Below, piece after piece: positions 24,723-38,010 of a DNA stretch of 64,000 nucleotides. This DNA is from Octopus vulgaris (taxonomy: Eukaryota), in contig OX597823.1 of the NCBI GenBank assembly GCA_951406725.2, forward strand, positions 29,698,001-29,762,000, read 5' to 3'. The notes beneath the pieces were generated by a model. That model saw only the letters and a list, made by a program, of their open reading frames with translations, was not told the origin of the DNA and ran no database searches. The stretch's first letter is position 1. The number at the start of each line of letters is the position of its first letter. The position numbers were made by a program, and so were the translations under genes.

Positions 24723-26702
24723 TATATGTATATATGTATGTATGTATGTATTTATGTATGTATACAGACTTTAACATATATATAATAGCGCAAGCATTAG
24801 CAATGGGAATAATTAACTAATTAATTAATTAATTAAACCATTACATAACGTTATGATTAATGTGTTGTTATGCAAATTAGGGCAGATTTCTTTTTGATTC
24901 TAATTTTAATCAAGTCTTGTACTAATCAGTTGGTTGTGGTAATTAAAAATTATATCGTCCAACACTCTTAACTCTCAACATTTAGGCTTTGTTACATATT
25001 TTCTCTTTGATTTTTTTTTGTTTTCTAATTGTTTCTGTCATTGGACCGTGACCATGCTGGGGCACCACCTGAAGGGTTTTAGTTGAACAAATAGACCCTC
25101 AGGACTTATTACTTTTTAAAGTCTGGTACTTAGCCTCTGCTGACGAGCCGCTAAGTTAGGGAAGCGTAAAGAAAACAACATTGGTTGTTTAGACGTTGCG
25201 GGAGTGAGAAACTCAGGCACAATGACACATACGCATAGACATATAGCTATATCTGCCAAATTCATAATGAGCCCCGGACTATAGACGAAGATACATGCTC
25301 TAAGTGCCACACAGTGACTCTGAATTCCAAACCATGTGGCTTACTTACATAGATACATGAAACGGTGTAAATTGAAAGAAAATTTGTTACTATTTCTAGC
25401 ATATGATATTGTCTGGAATATTGTTGTCCTGCTGAGTGGTTTATACGAATTAATCTCTGCTACGCAACTGGTTGTGATATAAATAATTTTCTTGTCATTG
25501 ACAAAGAAATATTTGGAATTAATTTAAAAGAATGGTGGAAAACAAAAAGAAAAGAAAATGGTTATTGGTAATTTTATGTCTGGCTTTTTATTATTATTAT
25601 TTTTTTTTTTTGTAAATAGAATTAATATTTGGAGTGTTTTGGTTTTTTATAGTTCTGTCTTTTATAATAGTATGGTCTGGTGTTATAAGAAAAGTTATAT
25701 TTCTACCTATCAAGTCGACTCAATTATATGAAATAAAGAAATAAAGATTTCTTGCTAACATAATAAGTTTTTCAATCATCAAGATGCCTCAGTGGTAAAG
25801 TGGTTTATAACGTTACAGAAAACTCGATTGAATTTGAACCAGCGTATGACCAACTCACTTGTTTCTCCCATCGGAATTGAAATAAAATATTATTCATTGT
25901 AGAATTTGAATTTAGAGATGTAGATGTGAAAAATTAAAGACATTAAGACCATTATTCTACTCTTTCTCTCGCCCCGTAAATCAACAAAATAGGCGCCGGG
26001 TCACAAAGTTCTAGAAAATGGGGTGGGTGTAGTTTAAATGAATGGCTCCTAAGGTCTTCTTATTAAGTGTCATCATAGCGGACAAGGTGCAAATCGATCT
26101 TAAACACACCCCAATTGTTGTTGCTGTTGTTTAGCCCCAGATCAACTCTAAGTGAGTAAAACTTTGAATAATAACTTTCCATATCATCTCATTTCCTTGC
26201 GTGACCATTCCTCCTTTTCAGACGCAGACAGTGCAACAATGTCGAATGCGTTCTCGCTTTCAGAACCGCTACAATGTAATTACAAAAGAAAAAAAAAAAA
26301 TTCAACCTTCATTTACCAAACGGATCTTTTTCTGTTTGGCTGCCAAGATTTCAAAAATCAAAGTTTATTAAAAAATTTTTAATTTGGTTCACTTATGTAG
26401 TTTTCCAAGCTGAATTGCTGGAGTTATTTCACTTTTATGAGAAATTAAAGAAAAAAAAGACAAAGTTATAGAGGTTTAAAGTTTGATCATTTTCGTCCAG
26501 GAAACAGGATTTGAAAGCTGTCATTCTATATTTGTGCAGATACGTTGTTATCAATATTAATTGATTTCATGCTGTGCACGGGAAACAAGCTTTGCAATCA
26601 TCAGTTGGAGACAGTATTTAACATCAATTTCTAAAACATTCATTATGTCAACGCGTGTGCGTTTCTAGCTGTAAACGTCCCGCTTCGTTTCATTTCCATT
26701 TT

Positions 26703-27112
26703 ATTTGAGTTTGAGTCCATGCTCAGGCCAAGTCGAAGACTCCACCCTCAGAGTCTGGTGTGGTTGCCAGGTTGTATTCTCTGTTTAATTTTGACATGTG
26801 TAGGAGCGAGTTTGAGTCAGTTTGTGCTCGTTGTGTATATCCTGGGAGATGGGGTTCATCTCTAATGGTGCTTAAGTATCTATCCAGCTGCAATTTGAAT
26901 GATTCCACACTGCATCCTGATAGATTTCTGACATGTACCGGAATGGAGTTGAATAGTTGTGCTCCTCGAACCAACAGACTTGACTCTCGCAGGGTTTTTG
27001 CTGCCTGGCCAGCCTTTTTGTTGATTGGTGGTAGCTGGCAGCGTCTTCCGTGGCGCAGTGAGTGGTAGGTTTTGATACCAAAGTTTGGCACCTTTTGCTC
27101 TATCATTTTCCA
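26703..27112 (-). mobile_element. CR1-like LINE 3' fragment (third family)
   Basis: ORF 26723..27106: VPNFGI...RGAQLFNSIP...FKLQLDRYLSTIRDEP...SNSLL; (ACTCAA)n tail. Confidence 0.8.
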
Positions 27113-27427
27113 AAGAGAAATGTATCGTAAACAATAAAAAAGTAAATATGTGAAGTATCATTACTGTTAAAAACAGTAATAACGGGGTGTATTTATCGTA
27201 GAATTGGTGGCTTATTGAAGCTTTCGCTTTGATTTTTAGCAAGCGGTACGTTTACTCTTCTTTTCTTCAAATATTTTATTTTATAACTGTTTAGGTAGAA
27301 GTCTTGCTAGCCACCTCATTAATATTGTTCTTAACAGTAATAATACTTCACATATATACATGTATATACATATCGATGTATATATACATACATACATATA
27401 CATATATATACATATATATATACATAA

Positions 27428-27470
<43 letters not shown>

Positions 27471-27682
27471 TGTGCGTATAAGGATAAAACCTATATAAGA
27501 TTTTATCGAGTAGACAGCGCTTAAAACTAATTAAGGAAAAAAACTAATACAAGGTATATAATTTTTTCCTTTATATATAAAATATATTATAATAGCAAGG
27601 GTTTTTACGGAGAGTAACAGCCCTTGATATTATAATATACATACATATATATATGCATATATATATATATATATATATATAT

Positions 27683-27769
27683 TTTATCTAGTTTCAGCTC
27701 ACAAGCTGTGGCCATGCTGGGGCACCGCCATTTGGTGCATGAGAGAGTTCGATGCAGCTGCCCTCATCA

Positions 27770-27772
<3 letters not shown>
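27683..27772 (-). mobile_element. Extreme 3' end of a CR1-like LINE
   Basis: MRAAASNSL matches the C-terminus of ORF 29445; tail GGCGGTGCCCCAGCATGGCCACAGCTtgtgAGCTGAAAC. Confidence 0.7.
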
Positions 27773-27810
<38 letters not shown>

Positions 27811-27813
<3 letters not shown>

Positions 27814-28157
27814 TGGCATCTTGGGCAAGTGTCTTCTGCTATTGCCCCGGGCCGACCAATGCCTTGTGAGTGGATTTGGTAGACGGAAACTGAAAGAAGC
27901 CTGTCGTATATATGTATATATATATATATGTGTGTGTGTATGTGTGCGTGTATGTCTGTGTTTGTCCCCCTAGCATTGCTTGACAACCGATGCTGGTGTG
28001 TTTATTTTCCCGTCACTTAGCGGTTCGGCAAAAGAGACCGATAGAATAAGTACTGGGCTTACAAAAGAATAAGTCTCGGGGTCGATTTGCTCGACTAAAG
28101 GCGGTGCTCCAGCATGGTCGCAGTCAAATGACTGAAACAAGTAAAAGAATAAAAGAA
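27811..28157 (+). mobile_element. SINE family A, 5'-truncated
   Basis: Family match. Confidence 0.88.
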
Positions 28158-28751
28158 TATATATATATATATATATATATATACGCAAGCACACACATAC
28201 ACACAAACATATATACACACACACACACACACATACAGATGAAGACCCTGTCGTACATTGACTAATTCGTCAGGGAAGGAGCGACTACGCCGATCGTATC
28301 TGAAAAGCTTAACAGACAAACGATATTTTCTATGCATTTGATATTTATTTTTCAACAGCTGAAGGTTAATGTCTTGAGAAAGAAAACGTAGGCGTGAAAG
28401 ATCTGCTTCCACATCTTTCCCCTGAATTAATATATGGAAATTTCAAAAAAAATAAATAAATAAAAAATGGGGAGTTAATGCCATATGTCTTACATCAGAT
28501 ATAGAAAAAATGTTTTGCTAAGATAAGTTTGAAATTACAATTTGAGAAGAAGCTCGCTAAATTGTAATAAAGCATTTCAATGAAAGCAACGTTTTACTTT
28601 ATTCTCTGAGGGTGAACAAATTTATCTGACATAAAAAGAATTTCCTTCACTGACTTATTTTTATATATATAAGAATTCACAATAAAGTCGAGAGAAAAGG
28701 TGTGGGTGGGAAAGAGAGAGTGAAGACTGGAGCAGAAATCGCGAGAGAATG

Positions 28752-28785
<34 letters not shown>

Positions 28786-28834
28786 ACACACACACACGTA
28801 CACACACACACACACACACAGGTACACACACACA

Positions 28835-28905
<71 letters not shown>

Positions 28906-29071
28906 CAAAAACAGCCGTATGCTGACGAAGTGCATAAGATAATCATCTTTTCCTTTGTCATTTTATTTTCTTATTCCCGCTCTATCCTCATCTAACATTT
29001 CGCTTTGAAGCATATGTACATATATTGAGTACTACACCGGGTTATTGCTCTTGCAATCCCTAAGCGAAATG

Positions 29072-29154
<83 letters not shown>

Positions 29155-29186
29155 CATATATATATATATATATACATACATACATT

Positions 29187-29226
<40 letters not shown>

Positions 29227-29235
29227 CATACATTC

Positions 29236-29266
<31 letters not shown>

Positions 29267-29326
29267 CATACATTCATACATACATTCATACATATATATA
29301 TATATATATATATACATACATACATT

Positions 29327-29370
<44 letters not shown>

Positions 29371-29372
<2 letters not shown>

Positions 29373-29976
29373 CCTTAAATCCTTAAAAATGTTTTAGCCC
29401 GAAGGCCGCGGCCATGCTGGGGCACCACCGCTGAATGAGCTACACTAGTTTGTGAATCCACCTCTGATACGTGGCACTTGATCAACAAGGGAGTTCGATG
29501 CTGCTGCCCGCATCCGTGTCTCCTGTCGTGAGGTAGGTTCATCTGGGACTCCCAACAAGAAGAGATCCAGTTTAGTTTTAAAGAAACCCACATCCACACC
29601 ATGTAAGTCTCTCAGGCATTTAGGGAGGATGTTAAAGAGCTGTGGTCCTCTGAAACCCAAGCTGTTGCAGTATCTGGACCTGTATTTTGATGGTGATGTT
29701 GGAATCCTTGGCACCACGCAGCGGCGCCCCGTTCTGCGGTTGGAGTAACTTTGAATGCCAAAGTTTGGGACAAGACCCTCCAGGATTTTCCAGATGTATA
29801 TCACTGCATATCTCTCCCGCCTCCGCTCCAGGGAGAAGAGGTTTAATACCTTCAGTCTTTCCCAGTAGCTGACATTTTGCATTGAGACGATTTTCTTTGT
29901 GTAGCTTCTCTGAGTTGCTTCGAGTTCTGCTGTTTGTTTTATATTGTGTGGTGACCAAAGTTGGGAGCAGTAGTCC
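29371..29976 (-). mobile_element. CR1-like LINE 3' fragment (fourth family) with open reading frame
   Basis: DYCSQLWSP...LFSLERRRERY...RGPQLFNILP...PDEP; tail with (TTTAAGGA)n. Confidence 0.88.
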
Positions 29977-30015
29977 ATATATATATACATACATATATAT
30001 ATACATACATGCATT

Positions 30016-30083
<68 letters not shown>

Positions 30084-30274
30084 TACGACGGGCTTCTTTC
30101 AGTTTCCGTCTACCAAATCAACTCACAAGGCTTTGGTCGGCCCGAGGCTATAGTAGAAGACACTTGCCCAAGGTGCCACGCAGTGGGACTGAACCCGGAA
30201 CCATGTGGTTGGTAAACAAGCTACTTACGTATGTATGTATGTATGTATGTATGTATGTATGTATGTATGTATAC

Positions 30275-30790
30275 TGACGTGGGGGCTGAGAGAGGCGGAA
30301 AGGAGGCGGCTAGGGAGCAAAATGGATAGACGAATGTTGAGGTGGTTTGGCCACATGGAGAGGATGGGTGAGGAGCGGATGGTAAGGAGGGGTATAAAAG
30401 CAGAAGTGGTAGGCAGCAGAACCAGAGGCAGACCTCGGTTTGTGTGGACAGATGGAGTGAAGAAAGCTTCGGTGGTTAGAGGTGTTGGAGTGAGAGAAGC
30501 AAGAGAGTTTATAAATGATAGGAAAGCTTGGAGAGTGTTTGTGGACGGATGAGTGAATTTTGATGTTGCTCAAAGGGGTACGGAACAAGCATGATGCGGT
30601 GGGGGTAAACCAGCAAATGCTGTCGGGCCCCCGCTGCTGATATCGGAAATTGCGTTCTATGCCTTGACCCGAGCATATCAACGAGACTTACCTCTTTCAG
30701 CTGGGAAACGAATGGAATGCCTGGTGTGAGTCTTGTTGTGGCTACCCCCTCCTAAAAACGGGGAATAGACCTGGGTATTTATTAAAAAAA
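30275..30790 (+). mobile_element. RTE-like LINE 3' fragment
   Basis: MLRWFGHMERMGEERM...GSRTRGRPRFVW, the typical RTE-group C-terminal motif; A-rich end. Confidence 0.8.
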
Positions 30791-30829
30791 CCATACATAT
30801 ATATATATATACATACATATATATATATG

Positions 30830-30923
<94 letters not shown>

Positions 30924-30926
30924 TAC

Positions 30927-30957
<31 letters not shown>

Positions 30958-30984
30958 CATATATACATATATATATATATACAG

Positions 30985-31045
<61 letters not shown>

Positions 31046-31424
31046 TATATATATATAATGCTTGTTTTTATATTCTGTTATAACAATTACAGTTTTAAAT
31101 TAATCTGATGAGTTACTTCATACGTTTGTAAAGAAAAAGTTCATTTTTCAACAAGACAGTTGTTGACAGTGCCTTCGAAGTCTCGGCCAGATGAAGCCTC
31201 GTTTGGATTGCCTTCACTGGTGAAAACTTCGAAATTGCAGTAAAGATGTGTGAATGAACACCGACGAGCAGACGTAGTCAGGACACCTACTGCGACACTT
31301 CCTGCTAACCACGGCCTCGCAGTCTCTGTTGCAGCGGCACAATCTGCCCATTTCACGGTTTATTTACCTTTACATTGTCCGCAGAACACCAAGATGGAGT
31401 CATGATGTCGGTATTTTCAAATTA

Positions 31425-31807
31425 GGAGGCGCAATGGCCCAGTGGTTAGGGCAGCGGACTCGCGGTCGTAGGATCGCGGTTTCGACTCCCAGACCGGGCG
31501 TTGTGAGTGTTTATTGAGCGAAAACACCTAAAGCTCCACGAGGCTCCGGCAGGGATGGTGGTGATCCCTGCTGTACTCTTTCACCACAACTTTCTCTCAC
31601 TCTTACTTTCTGTTTCTGTTGTACCTGTATTTCAAAGGGCCGGCCTTGTCACTCTCTGTGTCATGCTGAATATCCCCGAGAACTACGTTAAGGGTACACG
31701 TGTCTGTGGAGTGCTCAGCCACTTACACGTTAATTTCACGAGCAGGCTGTTCTGTTGATCGGATCAACCGGAACCCTCATCGTCGTAACCGACGGAGTGC
31801 TTCCATC
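31425..31807 (+). mobile_element. SINE family C, full length
   Basis: Family match; near-TSD ATTTT(C/G)AAATT. Confidence 0.9.
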
Positions 31808-32204
31808 ATTTTGAAATTCAGCGCAAATCATCACAATACAAGTCAGTCTTTTCCAATATTCACATTGCGTACATACACACATACATAAATACATACATAC
31901 ATACATGCATGCATACATACATACACACATACATACATACATGCATACATACATGCATACATATATACATACATACGTGCGAACGTACATACGTATTTCA
32001 GTCATTTGACTGCGGCCATGCTGGAGCACCGCATTGAAGGATTTTAGTTGAACAAATCGGCCTGAGAACTTATTTCTTAAGCCTAGCTTTTATTCCATCA
32101 GAATCTTTTGTCGAACAGCTAGATCACGGAGAGGTAAACACACCAGCACCGTTTGTCAAGCAGTGATGGGAGAACAAATGCTGACACAAAGACACACACA
32201 AGCT

Positions 32205-32287
<83 letters not shown>

Positions 32288-32759
32288 TACATACATACAT
32301 ACATACATATATATATACATACATATATACATATAAATGTGTATGTATATATATATGATCTTTTCTCATGTCAGTTAACATTTTCTCAACTACAAATTTA
32401 ATCTTTATGCTCTCCAACGCCGTTGACTTTTCAAGCTGTTCCGGGCGAAAAAAAAAAGGAGACAGAAATCGTCAAAATTATCTCAAATACCCTGCGTGCG
32501 CGCGTGGGTGCGTATGTGCGTGCGTTCGTATATGTATGTTTATGTGTGTGTGTCACGCTCTCGCAATTTCTGCTCCAGTCCTCACTCTCCTTTTGCCACC
32601 CACGCCTTTTCTCTTCGTTTTCCTTTTTTTATTTGCAAGCAATAATAAATCTCTGAACGAGATGTAAACAGTAACCGCTCGACAACGTAAAGTATACTAG
32701 CCATCTCAATATGTCTAACCACTAAGGGTGGGTGTTACTGTAGCTTTTAGCCCCAGGAG

Positions 32760-32795
<36 letters not shown>

Positions 32796-32897
32796 CACAG
32801 TAACACCCCCACCACCTGCCCTATCCCTAGCCATATTCAGATGGCTTTAGTCCCTTATGTTATCGAGCAGTTACTGTCTATATCCCTTTTAGAGAAT

Positions 32898-32967
<70 letters not shown>

Positions 32968-33799
32968 ATATATATATATACATATATGCATATATGTATG
33001 TATATGTGTGTGTGTGTGTGAGTGTGTGTGTATATAAACCTACTTAGAAATAGATGTGTGGCGTTCAATCATATAATTATATAAATAAATATATGCATGT
33101 ATATATGTACATATGGATGAGGTATGGTGTTTTTCGAATATATTTGTATTTTGATATATGTATAATGCATTAATGCGTTTATATATGTATGACTAAATAT
33201 GCATGTGTGTGCGTGTGTATGTGTGTACATGTGTATGTGTGTGCGTGTGTGTGTGTGTGTGTGTACTTTATTGAGTAAGATGGATGGTTAATGTGAAAAA
33301 AGCGAAAGTTCGTTGATTAGAAAAACAGAATAAATGTTGCGAAAGAGGAAATGATTAGAACATACACACACACACACAACATACATACATACATACATAC
33401 ATACATACATACATACATACATACATACACATATACATGCACACACTACATACATACATACGTACATACAATACATATATACACACATACATACATGCAT
33501 ACGTACATACAATTATACATACATACAAACATACGTATATATATATATACATTGGAACGTATGTATATACATACACACATACATGTATACACACATACAC
33601 ACATATATACACACATACGTATATTACATACATATATAAATTATATACATACATACATATATGCATGCATGCATACATACATACATACATACATACATAC
33701 ATACATACATACATACATACATACATACATACATACGTACGTACATACATACATACATACATACATACATACATACATACATACATACATACATACATA

Positions 33800-34215
33800 C
33801 TTGGGCACTGGGATATGTAACACACTGCTTAAATACCACTCTTGAGAAATTGGGTTTCTCAAAACCAGAAAGGAGAAAGCTAATTCCAAGACTACAGATC
33901 CAATCCATCACTGGAACTGTAAAAATCTGTAAAACTTTCCAGAAGTTTATCATGTAAATATATATGAGCATGTCTAGATATGCAACTATATGCATGACAA
34001 TACATACATAAAGCAAAACATATAAATCTGCACATATACATACATACATACATACATACATACATACATACATACATACATACATACATACATACATACA
34101 TACATAAACACTCTGTTGTTGATGTTGAAATTCCAATGAAGGAGCCTTTGATGTAGGTTAAAAACAGGTTCTTTCTCTATTGGCAAGAAATCTTGACATA
34201 AAACTGAATAACACA
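33800..34215 (+). mobile_element. 5'-truncated RLE-LINE 3' end joined to (CATA)n
   Basis: ALGYVTHCLNTTLEKLGFSKPERRKLIPRLQIQSITGTVKICKTFQKF; same family as 4572-5365. Confidence 0.7.
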
Positions 34216-35008
34216 CACATACACTGCTTCCCACCCACATGTTTCCGGGTTCAGTCCCATTACGTGGCACCTTGGGCAAGTCTCTTGTACCATAGGCTCT
34301 GGTAATTCGGTGAGTGAATTTGGTGGACGGAAACTGAAAGAAGTCCGTCTTACATATATATATATATATATGGATATGTTTGTGTGTGTGTGTCTTTGTG
34401 TCAGCATTTGTTCTCCCATCACTGCTTGACAAACGGTGCTGGTGTGTTTACTTCCCCGTGACCTAGCTGTTCGACAAAAGATTCTGATGGAATAAAAGCT
34501 AGGCTTAAGAAATAAGTTCGCAGGTCGATTTGTTCGACTAAAATCATTCAGCATGGCCGCAGAAAATGACTGAAATACGTACGTACGTTCGCACGTATGT
34601 ATGTATATATGTATGCATGTATGTATGCATGCATGTATGTATGTGTGTATGTATGTATGTATGTATGTATGTATGTATGTATGTATGTATGTATGTATGT
34701 ATGTATGTATGTATGTATGTATGTATGTATGTATGTATGTATGTGGGTGTATGTATGTATGTATGTGTGTGTGTATGTACACATGAATGTATGTATGTAT
34801 GCATATATGTAGGTATCTGTCTGTGTATGTATGTATTTATGTATGTATGTATGTATGTATGTATGTATGGGTGTATATATGTGTATGTATGTGTGTGTAA
34901 GCATGTCTCTATATATGTGTGTATTATGTATGTGGCTATGCATGTATGTATGTATGTATGTATGTATGTATGTATGTATGTCTGTCTGTCTGTCTGTCTG
35001 TATGTATG

Positions 35009-35039
<31 letters not shown>

Positions 35040-35139
35040 GTATGTACGTGTGCGTGATTGTATGAGTGTGTGTGTATGTATGTATATGTGGGTGTGTTTG
35101 TGTATGTATATATGTATGTATGTGTGTGTGTTTCTGCGT

Positions 35140-35495
35140 GTGTGTATTTCAAAGTTTGACATCTCCCTAACCAGTCGCCTTAGACAAACTGCAGATTCCA
35201 GTCTCTACTATGAGCCGGGGTGGCCATGTGGGTGAGGCGTTCGTGAACCATTGGAATTTCATTCCAGTTGGCCAATTGCAGTGCAAGATCTGTCAAGAAA
35301 CCTGGAAGTCACGCAGAGGATCGGAGCAACACTTGAATATTCCATAGTAAACAAGCGGAGAAATGGAGCCAAAGCTGAAATGAGGCATTGCTGCAGTGTA
35401 TGATCGAAAGACATTTAAAGTGTCATGCTTAGGAAAGAGCAATTACAAGTGCAAGAAGTGAAAGGTCAGGCTCTGCGAGGAGCAGACAGCCATTA
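35140..35495 (+). mobile_element. Decayed RTE-like 3' end with C2H2 zinc-finger remnants
   Basis: CKICQETWKSRRGSEQHLN and RHLKCH; ends ...CAGCCAT like the 50.6-kb copy. Confidence 0.5.
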
Positions 35496-35652
35496 TACAT
35501 ATATTACTTATTGAACAACACATACACATACATTACACATACATACAATACACCCCCCCATCCCACTAACCACAAGTAGATAGAAACACAGACAGAAGAC
35601 AGACAGACGGATGGATAGATAGATAGAAAGATAGATAGGTAGGTAGGTAGAC

Positions 35653-35746
<94 letters not shown>

Positions 35747-35784
35747 GTAGGTAGGTAGGTAGGTAGATAGGTAGATAGACAGAC

Positions 35785-35873
<89 letters not shown>

Positions 35874-35937
35874 AAGATGGAGAAAGAAAGATGGAGAAAG
35901 AAAGATGGAGATAGACAGAGATATGTATGTATGTATG

Positions 35938-35968
<31 letters not shown>

Positions 35969-36042
35969 TGTATGTATGCACAAATATGCACACATATGTA
36001 CACCCAAACACACAAACGTGCGCACACACACAAAAACATACA

Positions 36043-36084
<42 letters not shown>

Positions 36085-36176
36085 TATCATTTGATAAAGC
36101 GAGAATTTAAATGTGATCTGCAATAAGATAGATTCATGCTGGGATAGTAAATACGACGAGCTTGTGTAGCGTGCTT

Positions 36177-36960
36177 ATGTATGTATGTATGTATGTATGT
36201 ATGTATGTATGTATGTATGTATGTATGTATGTATGTATGTATGTATGTATGTATGTATGTATGTATGTATGTATGTATGTATGTATGTATGTATGTATGT
36301 ATGTATGTATGTATGTATGTATGTATGTATGTATGTATGTATGTATGTATGTATGTATGTATGTATGTATGTATGTATGTATGTATGTATGTATGTATGT
36401 ATGTATGTATGTATGTATGTATGTATGTATGTATGTATGTATGTATGTATGTATGTATGTATGTATGTATGTATGTATGTATGTATGTATGTATGTATGT
36501 ATGTATGTATGTATGTATGTATGTATGTATGTATGTATGTATGTATGTATGTATGTATGTATGTATGTATGTATGTATGTATGTATGTATGTATGTATGT
36601 ATGTATGTATGTATGTATGTATGTATGTATGTATGTATGTATGTATGTATGTATGTATGTATGTATGTATGTATGTATGTATGTATGTATGTATGTATGT
36701 ATGTATGTATGTATGTATGTATGTATGTATGTATGTATGTATGTATGTATGTATGTATGTATGTATGTATGTATGTATGTATGTATGTATGTATGTATGT
36801 ATGTATGTATGTATGTATGTATGTATGTATGTATGTATGTATGTATGTATGTATGTATGTATGTATGTATGTATGTATGTATGTATGTATGTATGTATGT
36901 ATGTATGTATGTATGTATGTATGTATGTATGTATGTATGTATGTATGTATGTATGTATGT
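36177..36960. repeat. Pure (TATG)n array, ~780 bp
   Basis: No interruptions seen over about 195 units. Confidence 0.97.
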
Positions 36961-37613
36961 GCGCGTGGGAATATTTTTTATTTTTGTCCTTCATTTATGT
37001 TCTTCCTAAGAGAGTCCAAGCCGGTCGCTAACAAAGCGACATGATTGAAGCCAGATATATATATATTCTCATATAAATAAACACGATTTCAGTTTAATCG
37101 GAATCGCTAAGTTCCTTTAATGGCAATCCAATTGTGTTAGTGTGTTCGACGAATTTTCAAGTGTTAACTGGAAATATCATTATATATCGTTTAAAAAAAA
37201 TCACGATTGGTACTTGGATTTAGAGCCGGAAGAGATACTATCTCGCCATGCGTGTGTACGTGTGAGTGTGTACATGTTGTGTCGTAAGCTGTTAGAAGAT
37301 AACATTGTACAATAATTATTGAGTATAAAATATTTATTTTTTTCTGTTACTTCAGATGTCTCATGAATATTTATCATGTTTCCAAACACTAAAAACAGAT
37401 GTTGTTAAACAGAACAGTTACAATCGTTTAGAACTCTCTGATGATTTATAAGGAAGTACTTCTCAGCTGATTTTAATAGCAGCCATATTTTCAGAATATG
37501 TGAAACATCGCTTTGCACTTTAAAAGCTAATCAAATTTAATTTTAAAATAACGATTTACAACAACAATTCTAATTTTGGGACGAGGTCAGTAATTTTGAG
37601 GGAAGGATGATAG

Positions 37614-38010
37614 TCGCAGGAGTGGCTGTGTGGTAAGTAGCCTGCTTACCAGCCACACGGTTCCGGGCCCAGTCCCACTGCGTGGCACCTTGGGAAAGTG
37701 TCTTCTACTATAACCTCGGGCCGACCAAAGCCTTCTGAGTGGATTTGGTAGACAGAAACTGAAAGAAACCTGTCGTATATATACATATGTATATATATAT
37801 ATATGTGTGTTTGTGTGTCTGTGTTTGTCCCCCAACATCACTTGACAACCGATGCTGGTATGTTTACGTCCCCGTTACTTAGCGGTTCGGCAAAAGAGAC
37901 CGATAGAATAAGTACTAGGCTTACAAAGAATAAGACCTGGGGTCGATTTGCTCGACTAAAAGGCGGTGCTCCGGCATGGCCGCAGTCAAATGACTGAAAC
38001 AAGTAAAAAA
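37614..38010 (+). mobile_element. SINE family A, full length
   Basis: Family match. Confidence 0.9.

Noticed and set aside
28360-28388. Micro-exon LKVNVLRKK after TTTTTCAACAG
   Set aside because: Plausible acceptor but weak donor; expected by chance in AT-rich DNA.
31141-31400. CpG-rich unique tract / 71-aa ORF / partial hammerhead-like pieces
   Set aside because: No recognisable domain, and the NUH strand needed for a hammerhead is missing.
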